DNA of 63,782 nt, the filler included, from Octopus bimaculoides (taxonomy: Eukaryota): NCBI RefSeq assembly GCF_001194135.2. It is 7 parts of 7 records of this genome, joined end to end, with 100 filler letters (N's around TTAATTAATTAA, not from the genome) between each part and the next. Parts side by side here need not be neighbours in the genome. Positions count along the whole stretch, not along the records: positions 51,940 to 58,894 come from NC_069004.1; positions 58,995 to 62,126 come from NC_068997.1; positions 62,227 to 63,782 come from NC_068994.1; 4 more parts are not named here. One strand, given 5' to 3'. A program made the translations under genes and the position numbers. Below are positions 51,840-63,782 of the stretch, piece after piece (position 1 is the first letter of the stretch; each line of letters opens with the position of its first letter). A model generated the notes under the pieces. That model saw nothing but the letters and a program-made list of their open reading frames with translations. It searched no databases and was not told the origin of the DNA.

Positions 51840-52779
51840 NNNNNNNNNNNNNNNNNNNNNNNNNNNNNNNNNNNNNNNNNNNNTTAATTAATTAANNNNN
51901 NNNNNNNNNNNNNNNNNNNNNNNNNNNNNNNNNNNNNNNTATATATATATATATGTATGTATACTATATACTATATAATGCTGCAAAGACATCACAATAT
52001 TATTAATAAAGCATATTACTCTACCTCTGGTATTCGAGTACTATTTTTCCACCCAGTTTCATATTTGTGCTTACTCTGCTGTGTGTATGTGTATATATAT
52101 ATATACACGAGGACGCAAACGAACCGACACCGTCTGTCAAGCGGTGGTGGAGACACAAATGCGACGGGCATCTTTCAGTTTCTGTCTTCCAAATCCACTC
52201 AGACGGCTTTGGTCAACCCGGATCCATAGTAGAAGACACTTGCCTGAGGTGCCATGCAGTGGGACTGAACCCGGAACCATATGGCTGGGAAGCAAACATC
52301 TTACCACACAACCACGCCTGTCTAATAAAAAAGACCAAGAGTTGATAGTGGAATGCGTGTGTGTGCGTGCGTGCGTGTGCATGAATACACGCATATAAAG
52401 GTAGTTGTATGCATGTGTATATGTGTATGTGTATGGATGGATGGATGGGTGTATAGGTGAGTGAATGGATGTATATAATTGGAAAGGGAGAGAGAAGTAG
52501 TGGAAAGGGAGAAAGAATAGAATAGTAGGAGAGAGAGAGAGAGAGAGAGAGAGGTGAGAGGGCGAATAGGGAAGGGCGAGGATAAAAGAGTGAGGAAGAG
52601 GGAGTAAATGAAGGGTTTGAGAGGGAAAGAGAGAAAAAGAGGAGGAGGAGGAGGATAATATGAAGGGGGGGGGGAAGATTCCAGTCAAACTTGTAGATTA
52701 TTCCGCTCGTGTTAACCATCACTTCATCCCATCCGTACATACATACATACATACATACATGTATGTATGTACCAACACA

Positions 52780-52816
<37 letters not shown>

Positions 52817-53107
52817 CATATGCATGTATGTATATATATATGTATATATGTGTGTATATGTATATATGTGTGTATATATATGTGTGTGTGTGCGTGTGTG
52901 TGTAGGCACAGGCGTGGCTGTAAGAAGCTTGCTTCCCAACCACATGATTCCAGGTTCAGTCCCACTGCGTGGCATCTTGGGCAAGTGTCTTCTACTACAA
53001 AGCCTTGTGAGCAGATTTGGTAGACAAACTAAAAGAAGCCTGTTGTATATATATATGTATATATTTGTGTGTGTGTGTGTGTGTAATATATATATATATA
53101 TATATAT

Positions 53108-53410
53108 CGGAGTAAGCACATGAAATGTGCAACAAGGTGGAAAAAAGAGTACTCAAATACCAGAGGTAGAGTAATATACTTTATTTAAAAGCAGCAGAAA
53201 TATAACAAAAAAAAACCGTTACTCTGAGTTTCACGTTCCCGTTCATCGGACAGATTTTCTAACAAAACTGTCCGATGAACGGGAACGTGAAACTCAGAGT
53301 AACAGTCTTTTGTTATATTTCTGCTGCTTTTAAATAAAGTATATTACTCTACCTCTGGTATTTGAGTACTCTTTTTTCCACCTTGTTGCACATTTCATGT
53401 GCTTACTCCG
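53108..53410. mobile_element. 303-bp palindromic (foldback) element inserted in (TA)n
   Basis: ~146-bp arms nearly perfectly reverse-complementary around a 14-nt spacer (53254-53267). A related fragment occurs at ~52005-52065. Confidence 0.9.
53261..53313 (+). ncRNA. Minimal type I hammerhead-ribozyme-like motif (mirror copy on minus strand at ~53213-53258)
   Basis: ACTGT-CCGATGA-ACG GGAA CGT-GAAA-CTCAGAG-TA-ACAGT: stem I ACTGT/ACAGT (extendable), stem II with GGAA loop, near-palindromic stem III, GUA triplet. U4 is C. Confidence 0.55.
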
Positions 53411-54611
53411 ATATATATATATATATATATATNNNNNNNNNNNNNNNNNNNNNNNNNNNNNNNNNNNNNNNNNNNNNNNNNNNNNNNNNNNNNNNNNNNN
53501 NNNNNNNNNNNNNNNNNNNNNNNNNNNNNNNNNNNNNNNNNNNNNNNNNNNNNNNNNNNNNNNNNNNNNNNNNNNNNNNNNNNNNNNNNNNNNNNNNNNN
53601 NNNNNNNNNNNNNNNNNNNNNNNNNNNNNNNNNNNNNNNNNNNNNNNNNNNATATATGTATATGGGATCCAGAGAAAACCCCACCTAGGACAAAACCCCT
53701 TCGGACAAAATCCTCCACCCCAGGACAAAACCTCTGTGACTTTTTTTCCTGTGGCTTTATTACCTGTGACTTTTTTTTTTTTTTACCTGGTTACCTGGAT
53801 TCTGGATTCAACTGTCCTTCAGTTACACCTGAATGTCTTAGAAATTGCAATTCAGAATAAATAATGTCGTCCAAGAAAGTCCCACGACCACCAAGTCTGC
53901 ATAAAAGAAAGCATTGCTACAGCTGGGAATTCTTTAATCATAGGTCTACTGGATTTAGGTTGACCTAGGGTTAAACACCAAACGTAGCAGTAACGAAGAA
54001 CACTTTCATAAACCGTCATCAACAACAGGGGCCACTCTAGCCATTTCGAAAGCAGAACACACTCCGTAATATAGTCCTAGATATACTAGGCCTGAACATG
54101 GACGGGATTGTCATGGCTGGAATGCTTTTGACCAAAGGTATGTTTATTTAGGGTTTGGATGTAAAGACCAAGAATGGCAACAACAATTATTTGTTTTTTT
54201 ATTTGCCACAGGGGCAGAGCTGAGGGGACAACGCAAGAAGAGCCTACGAATTGTGTGTGTGGAATGGGTTTTACATAAAAGATGAGGGGAACAACAAAAT
54301 CACATCGCAACACTGCCCCCTCCCCTTCCCTCCCCCCTTCCAGAAACTACATTTCCACTGCCACCACCGCCGCCGCCACCTTCTAAGCAACGTTGTTTTC
54401 GTCACCGTTCCCACCACCTTTTACTTTCTCTCCNNNNNNNNNNCATCACCACCACCACCACCACCACCGACTTGTTACATCCCTCCTCCTGATTTTATTT
54501 CAGCCACTTAAATCCTTCCACTTTATTCTAAACGACGGGAAACCGAAATAAGCAGAAGTGAGAGAAGACGGGTCAATGAACCACAGAAGGGGAAGAGTGA
54601 AAGATACAGAA

Positions 54612-54674
<63 letters not shown>

Positions 54675-57498
54675 GAGGAGATGGAAGAAGGGAAAGAGAA
54701 AGAGAGAGAGAGGGGGAGGAGGAGGGGAGAGAAGACTAACATAGACAGAGGTAGGACGAGAAACAAGAAAAAATAAAATGGCTGTGAAAAGAGGGCGGCA
54801 AGAGAAAGATCAATAGCTTCAGGTTAGCTCACAAAACTGGAAACTNNNNNNNNNNNNNNNNNNNNNNNNNNNNNNNNNNNNNNNNNNNNNNNNNNNNNNN
54901 NNNNNNNNNNNNNNNNNNNNNNNNNNNNNNNNNNNNNNNNNNNNNNNNNNNNNNNNNNNNNNNNNNNNNNNNNNNNNNNNNNNNNNNNNNNNNNNNNNNN
55001 NNNNNNNNNNNNNNNNNNNNNNNNNNNNNNNNNNNNNNNNNNNNNNNNNNNNNNNNNNNNNNNNNNNNNNNNNNNNNNNNNNNNNNNNNNNNNNNNNNNN
55101 NNNNNNNNNNNNNNNNNNNNNNNNNNNNNNNNNNNNNNNNNNNNNNNNNNNNNNNNNNNNNNNNNNNNNNNNNNNNNNNNNNNNNNNNNNNNNNNNNNNN
55201 NNNNNNNNNNNNNNNNNNNNNNNNNNNNNNNNNNNNNNNNNNNNNNNNNNNNNNNNNNNNNNNNNNNNNNNNNNNNNNNNNNNNNNNNNNAATTAAATAT
55301 TATTAGGAAATTTATTTAAAAAATTTTTTAATATTTTGCGTATTGTAAGAAGTATTACCGATTTGTCGCAGATAAACATCAACAAGAAAATCTTATATGA
55401 ACCCCACCAAGGGTTATATGGACCCCCAATTGAGATCCGCTGTTCTCGATGAATTATGTCTAAATAAAAGACGAGGTGCTCATGTGTGGAACGTCTTTGA
55501 TCATAAGTCTTCTCAATCACGGCTAACCTGAGGCTTAGCACCACCACTCCCACCGCCACCAACAACAACAGCAACAGCAACAACAACTATAGAACTAGCA
55601 ATATGAAAGTCTGACTTTTATCTCTGCCACCCAACCGTAAAAGTGGTTTTGAAGAGGGTGGCTGTTCGGGTGGACACTGGGAATGGTAGGGAAGGAGGGG
55701 GGAGAAGAGAAGGCGGCTGATATGCACCGAAACCAATATACACTTGACCTGTTTCTATAGCAACGTACTTCAGACCTACTTGGATCTGAGAAGATCACGA
55801 TTGCGATCTCATCTTGTTCTGCCCCACTCCATATCGGACCACCACTACACCTGCCACCACTAATATCTCTTGACCGTAAAATCATATTTAAGGACAATCC
55901 ATATTTTTTTGTATAATTTTGTTAATTTCCATTTCTTGTGGATTAACGTCAACAATGTGTCCACATGTATCTACATCCACATTCACATAAGCTCCCTTTG
56001 CCGCCACATGATTTCAAGAACATTCCCACTGCGTGACACCTTTGGCAAGTCTCTTCTGCTACGACCCCCACCACACCAATGCCTTGTGAGTGAATTTGGT
56101 AGACGGAAACTGTGTGAAAGCCCGTTGTGCTTGCTCCACACATATTTCTCAGTATCATCTGTTATTTTGTTTCAGTTATTGGACCGTGGCCATGCTGGGG
56201 CACCACCTTGAAGGGTTTTGGGTTCAACGAATCGCCCCCAGTGCTTAGGTTTTGTATTAAAGTCTGGTAATTACTCTATCGGTGTCTATTTTGCCGAATC
56301 GCTACGTTACCGGGACGTAAACAAACCGACACTTGTTGTCAAGTGGTGCAGGTGGAGATAAACACCAAGACTCACACATACACACAAACAAACAAACAAA
56401 AAATAAACAAACAGATATAAGACAAACTTCCACAGTTTCCATTCACCAAGTTCATTCAGAAAACATTGGCCAACCCGGGGCTATATGTGGTAGAAGACAC
56501 TTGTCCAAGGTGCCGTTTAGTGGGACTGAACCCGCAACATGGTAGAAGACAAGCTGCTTAACTTTCTTCAAGAAATTCAATTCATTTTTCTGCAGTTTAT
56601 GTATGTGTTGTACATTTTGAAAGCCATGTATAACTTCTGTGTGTAAAAGTAATCGCACGTTCTGCGAATTCATGGCTTTAATAACCAGCAATTGATATAA
56701 TTAATTATTTGGTTTAATACCAGCTTCGACTCAGCTTATAAAGTTTCTGAAACTGATACCATCTTTGTCAAAATCGCAACGGGGGCGTACAAGATTTCCA
56801 CTTAGTTATTCTACGAGTGATACAAAAGCTGTGATTAGAATTTAACATACACGGTACCTTCGTCTGTACATATTCCAACGCATGATTGCCATGATAAATT
56901 CCATGCATGCATTCATGCATGCATGCATCCATTCATACATACATACACACACATACATACGCAGACATACATACACACACATACATACACACACATACAC
57001 ACATACATACATACATACATACATACATACATACATACACGATGGCTGCAATTCAATTTCGAGCAATGCTTTCTGTTCGGTTTTTCTCTTGAAGCAATAC
57101 AGAAACGGTCCTTCAGTCCCACTGCACTCTTTTGCACAGATGTGACAACGATGGGCGCCTCTTGCAGCAGGTGTTCAGAGAGCTTACCACCGAAGACGAC
57201 ACCTTCATCCCATCGTTGAATTTTTCCTCGAGTGCTTTGCCTTTTACGGTTACGGCCAGCCGCAGCATGAAACATAAAATTGTGATGTTGGAATAATTAT
57301 CGGTCAAGTACTGAGGTCGATGTAATCGACTTCCCCTTCCCCTCAAAAACTGCTCCTTCTGTGCCAAAATTTAGCACCATTATTATTACTATTAAAATTA
57401 GTGGCTCCCAAGCTCTTTAAAATAATTATTTATCAGTCGGTTATTGTTCTTGAAAACGCTTCGTTCCAAAGCAATCACAATAACGCTATCGATTACAC

Positions 57499-57537
<39 letters not shown>

Positions 57538-58994
57538 CACACACACACATACATACAAGCATGCAGTCACTGATTTGGGAGCAAGGAGTAATTAAGAAAA
57601 GTTACTAGAGAGAGAGAGAGAGGGATGAGCGAGTGGGGTGTAGATGGAAGGGGGTCGGACGTGAAGGACAGGACAGTTAGAAGAGATCGTCGACCCCATT
57701 GGCAGCGGTTCTTGGCTTATTATTGGACAAGCAGCCAACCAACTAACCAACCAGATAGACGGACATACTAGCAGACAAACAGACAGNNNNNNNNNNNNNN
57801 NNNNNNNNNNNNNNNNNNNNNNNNNNNNNNNNNNNNNNNNNNNNNNNNNNNNNNNNNNNNNNNNNNNNNNNNNNNNNNNNNNNNNNNNNNNNNNNNNNNN
57901 NNNNNNNNNNNNNNNNNNNNNNNNNNNNNNNNNNNNNNNNNNNNNNNNNNNNNNNNNNNNNNNNNNNNNNNNNNNNNNNNNNNNNNNNNNNNNNNNNNNN
58001 NNNNNNNNNNNNNNNNNNNNNNNNNNNNNNNNNNNNNNNNNNNNNNNNNNNNNNNNNNNNNNNNNNNNNNNNNNNNNNNNNNNNNNNNNNNNNNNNNNNN
58101 NNNNNNNNNNNNNNNNNNNNNNNNNNNNNNNNNNNNNNNNNNNNNNNNNNNNNNNNNNNNNNNNNNNNNNNNNNNNNNNNNNNNNNNNNNNNNNNNNNNN
58201 NNNNNNNNNNNNNNNNNNNNNNNNNNNNNNNNNNNNNNNNNNNNNNNNNNNNNNNNNNNNNNNNNNNNNNNNNNNNNNNNNNNNNNNNNNNNNNNNNNNN
58301 NNNNNNNNNNNNNNNNNNNNNNNNNNNNNNNNNNNNNNNNNNNNNNNNNNNNNNNNNNNNNNNNNNNNNNNCATTAGTCTAAATGGACAAAATGTTCCTC
58401 CGTGATGGTCATCACATAGAAGCACAAAACTAACACATACACACAACACATAGACACACACTGTCACCTCCGTACACAGATACACTCACACAACATTCAT
58501 GCAGATAGACACACCCAAACACACCCACAAACGAACGAATACGCACACACAGTTTAACAAACGGAATTACACGCGCAGCAATGCAAACACAGACACACCT
58601 AGAAACACACATGCACACGCACACACACACACATGCACACACACACACACATACACGTACGCGCACACGGACACACACATGCACACATACGCGCACGCAC
58701 ACGTACGTACACGCACACGTACGTACACGCACACATGCACGCATGTACACACACATGCACGCATGTACACACACATGCATACTTACCTACACATTTATAC
58801 ATTTTCTCATCCAATTTCTCCCGCGCACAGATACGCACAAACACAAACATAAACACACACACACACACTCTCCCTTACATTCCCATACACACACNNNNNN
58901 NNNNNNNNNNNNNNNNNNNNNNNNNNNNNNNNNNNNNNTTAATTAATTAANNNNNNNNNNNNNNNNNNNNNNNNNNNNNNNNNNNNNNNNNNNN

Positions 58995-59188
58995 TATTTC
59001 CTTGGTAAAGCCGTGTACTGTCTGTAGTAGTGTTTCTAGCTCTTTGTCGTTTTTTGCATATAATTTTAGGTCATCCATATATAGAAGGTGGCTGACTGTT
59101 TTTCCGTAGCATTTGTCACCGCATCCAGTTCTATTTAGCAATTCTGTTAAAGGTATGAGTGCCAGGCAGAACAGGAGTGGAGAGAGCG
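58995..59188 (-). mobile_element. R4/NeSL-like LINE RT fragment abutting (AAT)n
   Basis: DTLSPLLFCLALIPLTELLN...VSHLLYMDDLKLYAKNDKEL (YMDD catalytic motif). Confidence 0.85.
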
Positions 59189-59644
59189 TGTCTCTTATCA
59201 TTATTATTATTATTATTATTAAGGTAGCGAGCTGGCAGAATCATCACCGCGCCGGACGAGATGCCGCTAGGCATTTCGTAGGTCTTTACATGGAGGCAGA
59301 GACAACATTAATAAACCGAGAATTTCTGTCATACGTTATTTAATATACCTGCATTTGTCTGTGTTGTTCAAATAATAGCACTAGCCGTTCTGATCTATTT
59401 CTCTTGGCTCCTTTTGCTTAAAGTCATGCAAATTTTCTACGTTATAACTGCATTGTATGCTTTCATATAAACCTAAGCCCCTTCTTTGCAACGCATTGTA
59501 GAGTTGAAGGCAATTTTAGTAAATGACGACTTTATGTGGTATGGTTTTTAGTATACCCGTATTGATCTATGCATATGCACACACAGCACACACATACACT
59601 CATATTCTTTTAAATAGAAATAAGTGAAATAGAGGGTGCTAGGG

Positions 59645-60090
59645 ATACGAGGTGGTGCTGAAAATTTCCTGGCATCGGGTAAAACAAAATGCAGGAGGAT
59701 CAGTTAATTATGATTTTTTTCCAATCTCCTCTGAGATTCACACACTTATTGCAGCGGTTCTTCAGTTTGTCTACGCCTTATAGAAGAACTCGTTAAGTTG
59801 GGCCTCCAACCAGGCCTTCCATGACACCCGTAAAACCAGAAACTTTTCCCCACCTACTCGTATAGTGGGAGATATAGATGGACTCCTGGCTTTGGGTAAA
59901 AGAAAATATAGGAGGATCAGTTAATTACACTTCTTTTAGCATATTCCCCTGTCAGATTCACACACTTATTGCAGCGGTTCTTCTAAGCGGGTTTTCTAAG
60001 CCGTATAAAAGAACTCGGAAGGTTGGGCTTCCAACCAGGCCTTTTGTGACACCCTTAAAACAGGGAACTTTTCATCACCCCTACGTACAA
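59645..60090. mobile_element. Two adjacent copies of a ~220-bp mariner-derived MITE
   Basis: Ends resemble TACGAGGxGGTGCTGAAAAxTTCCTGG / CCAGxAACTTTTC...CTCGTA; the internal block gattcacacacttattgcagcggttctt is shared by both copies. Confidence 0.6.
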
Positions 60091-60485
60091 TGGGAGAGGT
60101 AGATGAACAGATAAATACAGAGAGTGAGAGAAGATACACAGAGAAATAAAAGAAAGACAGATGCAGCGAGAAGAAGTATGAATGAGAGAAAGAGAGTCGG
60201 ACATATGCGAAATGGTGGTGTGTATCTTACTCGAAGCTAGAGGTAAATTCGTTTCCATGACAAATTTAAAACTACGTGACACTTGCAGAGGTGAAAGGTC
60301 AATGTGAGCAGAGAACGTTAATTTGGAGAAAAACTGTAAAATTTAGAAATTACTACTGGATATTATCCAGATGTTGCGTCTGAATGTAAGATTTTATGAA
60401 AGTGTGTTTGTGCATGTATGTATGTAAGTGTGTATGTCTGTATGTATGTATGCGTATGTATGTATATATATATATATATATATGT

Positions 60486-60553
<68 letters not shown>

Positions 60554-61379
60554 ATGTATGCGTGTGATTATGTGTATGTACGCATGTAAGTATGCTTATA
60601 TATGATTATATATGTGTGTATATGTGTGTACGTCTGTACGTGTGTACGTGAGTATAAATATATGTATGTATGTTTATACTTTCATGCATACATAAATACA
60701 TGAAGATACATACATACACACACACACACATACATACATACAGACAGACAGACAAACAGGCATACATACATGCATACATACATACATACATACATACATA
60801 CATACATGTATACACACATACATACATACATACATGCATACATAGATGATGGTGTTGAACAGTAAGAATGAATGCTCAACATTGCATTTTGTGGATAAGT
60901 ATTCTTTATTTGTTGTTGGAGGAATTCCACAATTTAAAACGTTCCACTAAAGAACGGTGGAAATCGAGTCCATTTTAGATGAGAGGTATCCAACAAGACG
61001 GACGCGATTTTCTACATTAAACCGTTAATCGACAAATAAAGTGTGTATATATGTATGTATGTGTATGTGTCTTTGTGCGTAAATGTGTTGTGTGTGTGTA
61101 AGTGTGGGTGTGTGCTTGTGCGTAAATGTATGTATATACGAGGGGGTACACAAAAGGAACCAGTTTCAAAATCTTTATACTGATAACAAAATCAATATAG
61201 AATTTTTGACCAGCTAGAAATAGCAGTCAAATATTACTCAAAACGCATCCAGCCGTCTTAAATAAGAAGGGATAATTTGTGAATATAGATAGCTCATGAT
61301 ATACAAATATACAGCTTAGGCATGGGTGGAATACCTATGGTCATAAGTTCTTCTCCATCGACGTTTATATAACGGCAAC

Positions 61380-61860
61380 ACAACAAAAAACTATGACGCA
61401 GACGAACGGAACTATGTAGAACCTATCGGTAGTCCAGCGAGCTGCTAAAGCTAGCCGACGAATCTTCCTTAAAATGTAGTTTTTAACTGTTGTTGCAAAG
61501 CTAGCTTCTTAACCATACAGCCATGTTTGCGATTATGTCCTCTATTGATTCGTTGAAAGTTGTTTGGTTGCACCACGTGATTGATCTCTGGACCACTTCG
61601 CTATAGAGAAAAAGATGCATTAATTTTTCACATATAAGTCTAAAAGTAAGTTTGAGGGCATCTTACTCATTATTAAAACTAGAATTAAAATATATACATC
61701 ACAAGAGAAATATTTAATGTTTGCTGACAGCCAACAAGTTCCGGTTTCCGTTGAGATGATATCAGGATGAAGGCGGAAATTCTAAATTGTTATGCAGTGG
61801 ACATCGGAGCATGCGTAAAGAGTGATTTTACTGAGACGCCCGCCAGGCGGCGCTAACATC
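61380..61860. promoter_or_regulatory. CpG-enriched unique region, possible promoter with short spliced 5' exons on the minus strand
   Basis: Locally many CpG; ETS-like ttccggtttccg at ~61739-61750; minus-strand GTAAGA...CTCTATAG intron-like segment (~61601-61666) and AAACATGG. Confidence 0.3.
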
Positions 61861-62092
61861 CTGTCTTTTGAGAAATGGAGATTGTAGCTGTATATATATA
61901 TAAAAAAAAACGATTCATATATTTGTAGCTGCAGTAATTACCAAAATAGGACAAGCACGTGTTTATTATCTTCGTAAGGTTTTAAGTTTTAATTTTTCGC
62001 ACTTTTTTTCCTTATAGTAGGAAAATTGTAAATAAGTTCCCAACCCAGCGACACATACGTACGTACGTAATAGATATACATGCATATAAACA

Positions 62093-62126
<34 letters not shown>

Positions 62127-62599
62127 NNNNNNNNNNNNNNNNNNNNNNNNNNNNNNNNNNNNNNNNNNNNTTAATTAATTAANNNNNNNNNNNNNNNNNN
62201 NNNNNNNNNNNNNNNNNNNNNNNNNNATATATATATATATACACTAGCTTACACAGGGCGAGTTGGTCGCTAGAGGGTATGATAGAATGTAGAATGTCTC
62301 AATGTATATGTTATGCCTTTCTGAGGTCTGAGATCAAATCTTCATTAGCTTGTCCTTTCGGGGTCGACGAAAAAAAAAAAATTATCAATTTAGCGTAGTG
62401 GATTGGCGTAATTGTGAGGATGTCGGATTGAATGCCTTGCGAAATTATCTCGGCTCTTTGAGTTCTGAATCTAAATATCATCATGGTTCATTTGGGTGGT
62501 AGGATGACTCTTTTTCTTCTGTCTCCCAACCAGTTCCGGAGGCTCTATAAGGGGCATGGGCAGTGCCTTCCTACCTAGCTGAAAGATAAGCAAAGCTAA

Positions 62600-63120
62600 A
62601 GATATGAAACTGAATGAAAGCTGTGAACATAAACTGTAACATAAAATATGAAAATATACTTCCGTGTAAACCATAAGCATAAACTGAACACAAACCATAT
62701 ACATAGACTGAACATAAGCCATTAACAACATATTTTCTACATATGCCATAGACATATATTCGACATAAACTATAAGCAAACTTTCCACATAAATCATAAA
62801 CATGGATTCGACATAAACCATATACAATATGAACGTAAGTCATAGATATATATTCGACTTAAAACATAAACATATATTTAGACATACACGATAACCATAA
62901 ACTGAACATAAAGCATAAATATAGTTTAAGTTAAAGTAATAAACATGTCAACCATAAACATATATTCGACATTGACCATAAGCATAAATTTGACATGACC
63001 ATAAACGTATATTGGACATCGACCATAAACATGTATTCCACGTATATTATAAACACAAATTTTACATTACCATAAACATATATTCAACACAAACCATAAA
63101 CATATGTTCAACATCCTTAA
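62600..63120. repeat. Degenerate ~24-nt minisatellite (aaaccataaacatatattcgacat-like)
   Basis: Recurring ccataaacat / ttcgacat units; produces an 8-residue periodicity in the antisense ORF. Confidence 0.7.
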
Positions 63121-63371
63121 ACAACCCTTATTTGGGAACCTTTTGAGCTGAATGGGCTACACAAAATGAAGAAAATTCTAGCTGGGATCCACTTGCAAAG
63201 TCATGCATTGATTATATTGATATGAGATCACCATGTCTTGCACATATAGTTGTGATGCATGTGTCTGATGTACTCTTATCAGATGGGTTGTCATATTGGG
63301 TTGTCATATTGGGTTGTCATATTGGGTTCGTATATTTGTACCCCAGTGTCACTTCGAAGGCATGCTTTCTC

Positions 63372-63375
63372 ACTC

Positions 63376-63407
<32 letters not shown>

Positions 63408-63421
63408 TAATAATAATAATA

Positions 63422-63489
<68 letters not shown>

Positions 63490-63518
63490 TAATAAAAAAA
63501 ATAAAAAATAAAAATAAA

Positions 63519-63550
<32 letters not shown>

Positions 63551-63551
63551 G
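63372..63551. repeat. (AAT)n microsatellite; one of many (AT, AC, ATAC, AAG, GAT, AAC, AG) tracts, usually flanking N gaps
   Basis: Directly visible. Confidence 0.95.
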
Positions 63552-63782
63552 CAACTGGAAAGCACCTGGACACGACAAGATCCCCAATTTCTGGTTAAAA
63601 CACCTGCCAGCAATGCATAAAAAGCTGGCAGAAAACTTTAACAACATAATAGCAGATCCAGAAACAATGCCTGAATGGCTCACAAATGGGAAAACCATCT
63701 TAATCCCCAAATCCACGGAAACGGAGAAACCACAAAACTATAGACCTATAACCTGTCTCCCTACGATCTACAAAGCCTTTAC
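63550..63782 (+). mobile_element. R4/NeSL-like LINE RT (open frame, runs off the window) starting at the end of an (AAT)n tract
   Basis: SNWKAPGHDKIPNFWLKHLP...PEWLTNGKTILIPKS...PQNYRPITCLPTIYKAF with no stops. Confidence 0.88.

Noticed and set aside
55595-55897. Minus ORF with GGRCSGGPIW...EIAIVIFS, loosely like serine-protease GDSGGP
   Set aside because: The catalytic motif is not conserved, splice signals are weak and no companion exons were found.
62471-62827. Met/Tyr-rich repetitive ORF as a possible reflectin-like protein
   Set aside because: Lacks reflectin motifs and Arg/Asp/Gly/Pro content; it is the antisense of a 24-nt minisatellite.

Overview
AT-rich, microsatellite- and gap-rich animal genomic DNA. 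The repeat content looks like a coleoid cephalopod, probably Octopus (inference from recognised SINE/LINE types, not a database match). Six 100-nt spacers (44 N + TTAATTAATTAA + 44 N) divide the window into seven joined pieces, so order and orientation between pieces are uncertain. Two spliced genes can be reconstructed by hand. (1) A minus-strand extracellular protein with five phase-consistent GT-AG exons (11873 to 218): last LRR + LRR C-cap, a 12-Cys Ly6/uPAR three-finger domain, then a Cys-poor beta-alpha-beta segment that may be SEA-like. A possible further LRR exon lies at 29992-29850. (2) A plus-strand zona pellucida (ZP) protein: three exons at 13250-15910 give the ZP-C core, an RRRR furin site, a hydrophobic patch, stop and AATAAA with no membrane anchor. 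The exon that fits directly upstream lies downstream at 31310-31423, pointing to a mis-ordered piece and possibly antisense nesting of the two genes. The rest is transposon debris: tRNA-like SINEs, CR1-like, R4/NeSL-like and RTE-like LINEs, Penelope-like elements (PLEs), mariner, Tigger, hAT, MITEs and a Gypsy fragment. The most unexpected non-coding signal is a set of minimal hammerhead-ribozyme-like motifs: a 303-bp palindromic element carries one on each strand, and a G3-C8 core variant sits in the inverted repeats of a PLE.
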